DNA from: Flavobacteriales bacterium
GTDB lineage: Bacteria; Bacteroidota; Bacteroidia; Flavobacteriales_F; PHOS-HE28
Reading direction: 5' to 3'
NCBI GenBank assembly: GCA_016713875.1
Contig: JADJOI010000002.1
Coordinates: forward strand, 17,092 to 81,091
Length of the DNA stretch: 64,000 bases
The notes beneath the pieces were generated by a model, which saw only the letters and a list, made by a program, of their open reading frames with translations, was not told the origin of the DNA and did not search any database. The translations under genes were made by a program, and so were the position numbers. Below, one piece after another: positions 63,833 to 64,000 of this stretch; the first letter of the stretch is position 1, and each line of letters starts with the position of its first letter.

Positions 63833-64000
63833 ATGAAGGACCTGAGGAAATGGCTGCCGACCGGGCTGGCCGTGCTGCTGTTCATCGCTCTGCCGCTGGC
63901 CTACTTCAGCCCGCTGCTGGAGGGCAAACGCATGGTGCAGGGCGACCAGCGCAACTGGCTGGGCGGTGCGCAGGAGATCATCGAGCACCGCGAGGCCCAC
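63833..64000 (+). CDS. membrane protein, 3' end outside window
   Basis: ATG 63833, MKDLRKWLPTGLAVLLFIALPLAYFSPLLEGK... The frame stays open to the window edge. Confidence 0.5.
   Translation, partial: MKDLRKWLPTGLAVLLFIALPLAYFSPLLEGKRMVQGDQRNWLGGAQEIIEHREAH

Overview
This is a 64-kb chromosomal segment from a high-GC bacterium. Hand-counted 60-nt lines give about 65-70% G+C. I infer it belongs to Bacteroidota from three lines of evidence: eight proteins end in T9SS-type C-terminal sorting domains, several intergenic regions carry TAnnTTTG -7 boxes, and DUF4199, DUF4834 and FISUMP-type families are present.

Layout:
- 1-16.3 kb: a polysaccharide/O-antigen-type locus (glycosyltransferases, a Wzy-like polymerase, acetyltransferase, epimerases, initiating sugar transferase). 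It is interrupted by rpsT-radC. It ends in an unusual translationally coupled chain: wecB, an SHC-like repeat protein, a hypothetical protein, a FemAB-like GNAT, upp, a membrane protein and a HAD hydrolase.
- 18-28.7 kb: housekeeping genes (psd, cdsA, ftsH, rsfS, birA, rpmH, carB). ftsH carries an apparent frameshift.
- 28.7-41 kb: an accessory mosaic directly downstream of carB. It holds low-GC foreign blocks: a secreted HExxH protein plus a lipoprotein operon, an IS630 remnant fused to a truncated gene, and an orphan KAP/NACHT-like P-loop NTPase at about 38-40% GC. It also holds two toxin-antitoxin modules (one toxin killed by an amber codon), a duplicated small gene, an acyltransferase, small lipoproteins and three families of intergenic repeats.
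- 41-64 kb: T9SS cargo genes (SBBP repeats, M14 peptidase, beta-lactamase-like, PKD), divergent oxyR-katG, a LOG family gene, an AlkD-like gene and a DEAD-box helicase.

I found no rRNA, tRNA or CRISPR array. The best candidate for something new is the orphan NTPase and the mosaic around it. All family assignments rest on motifs read by eye and on memory, not on searches.
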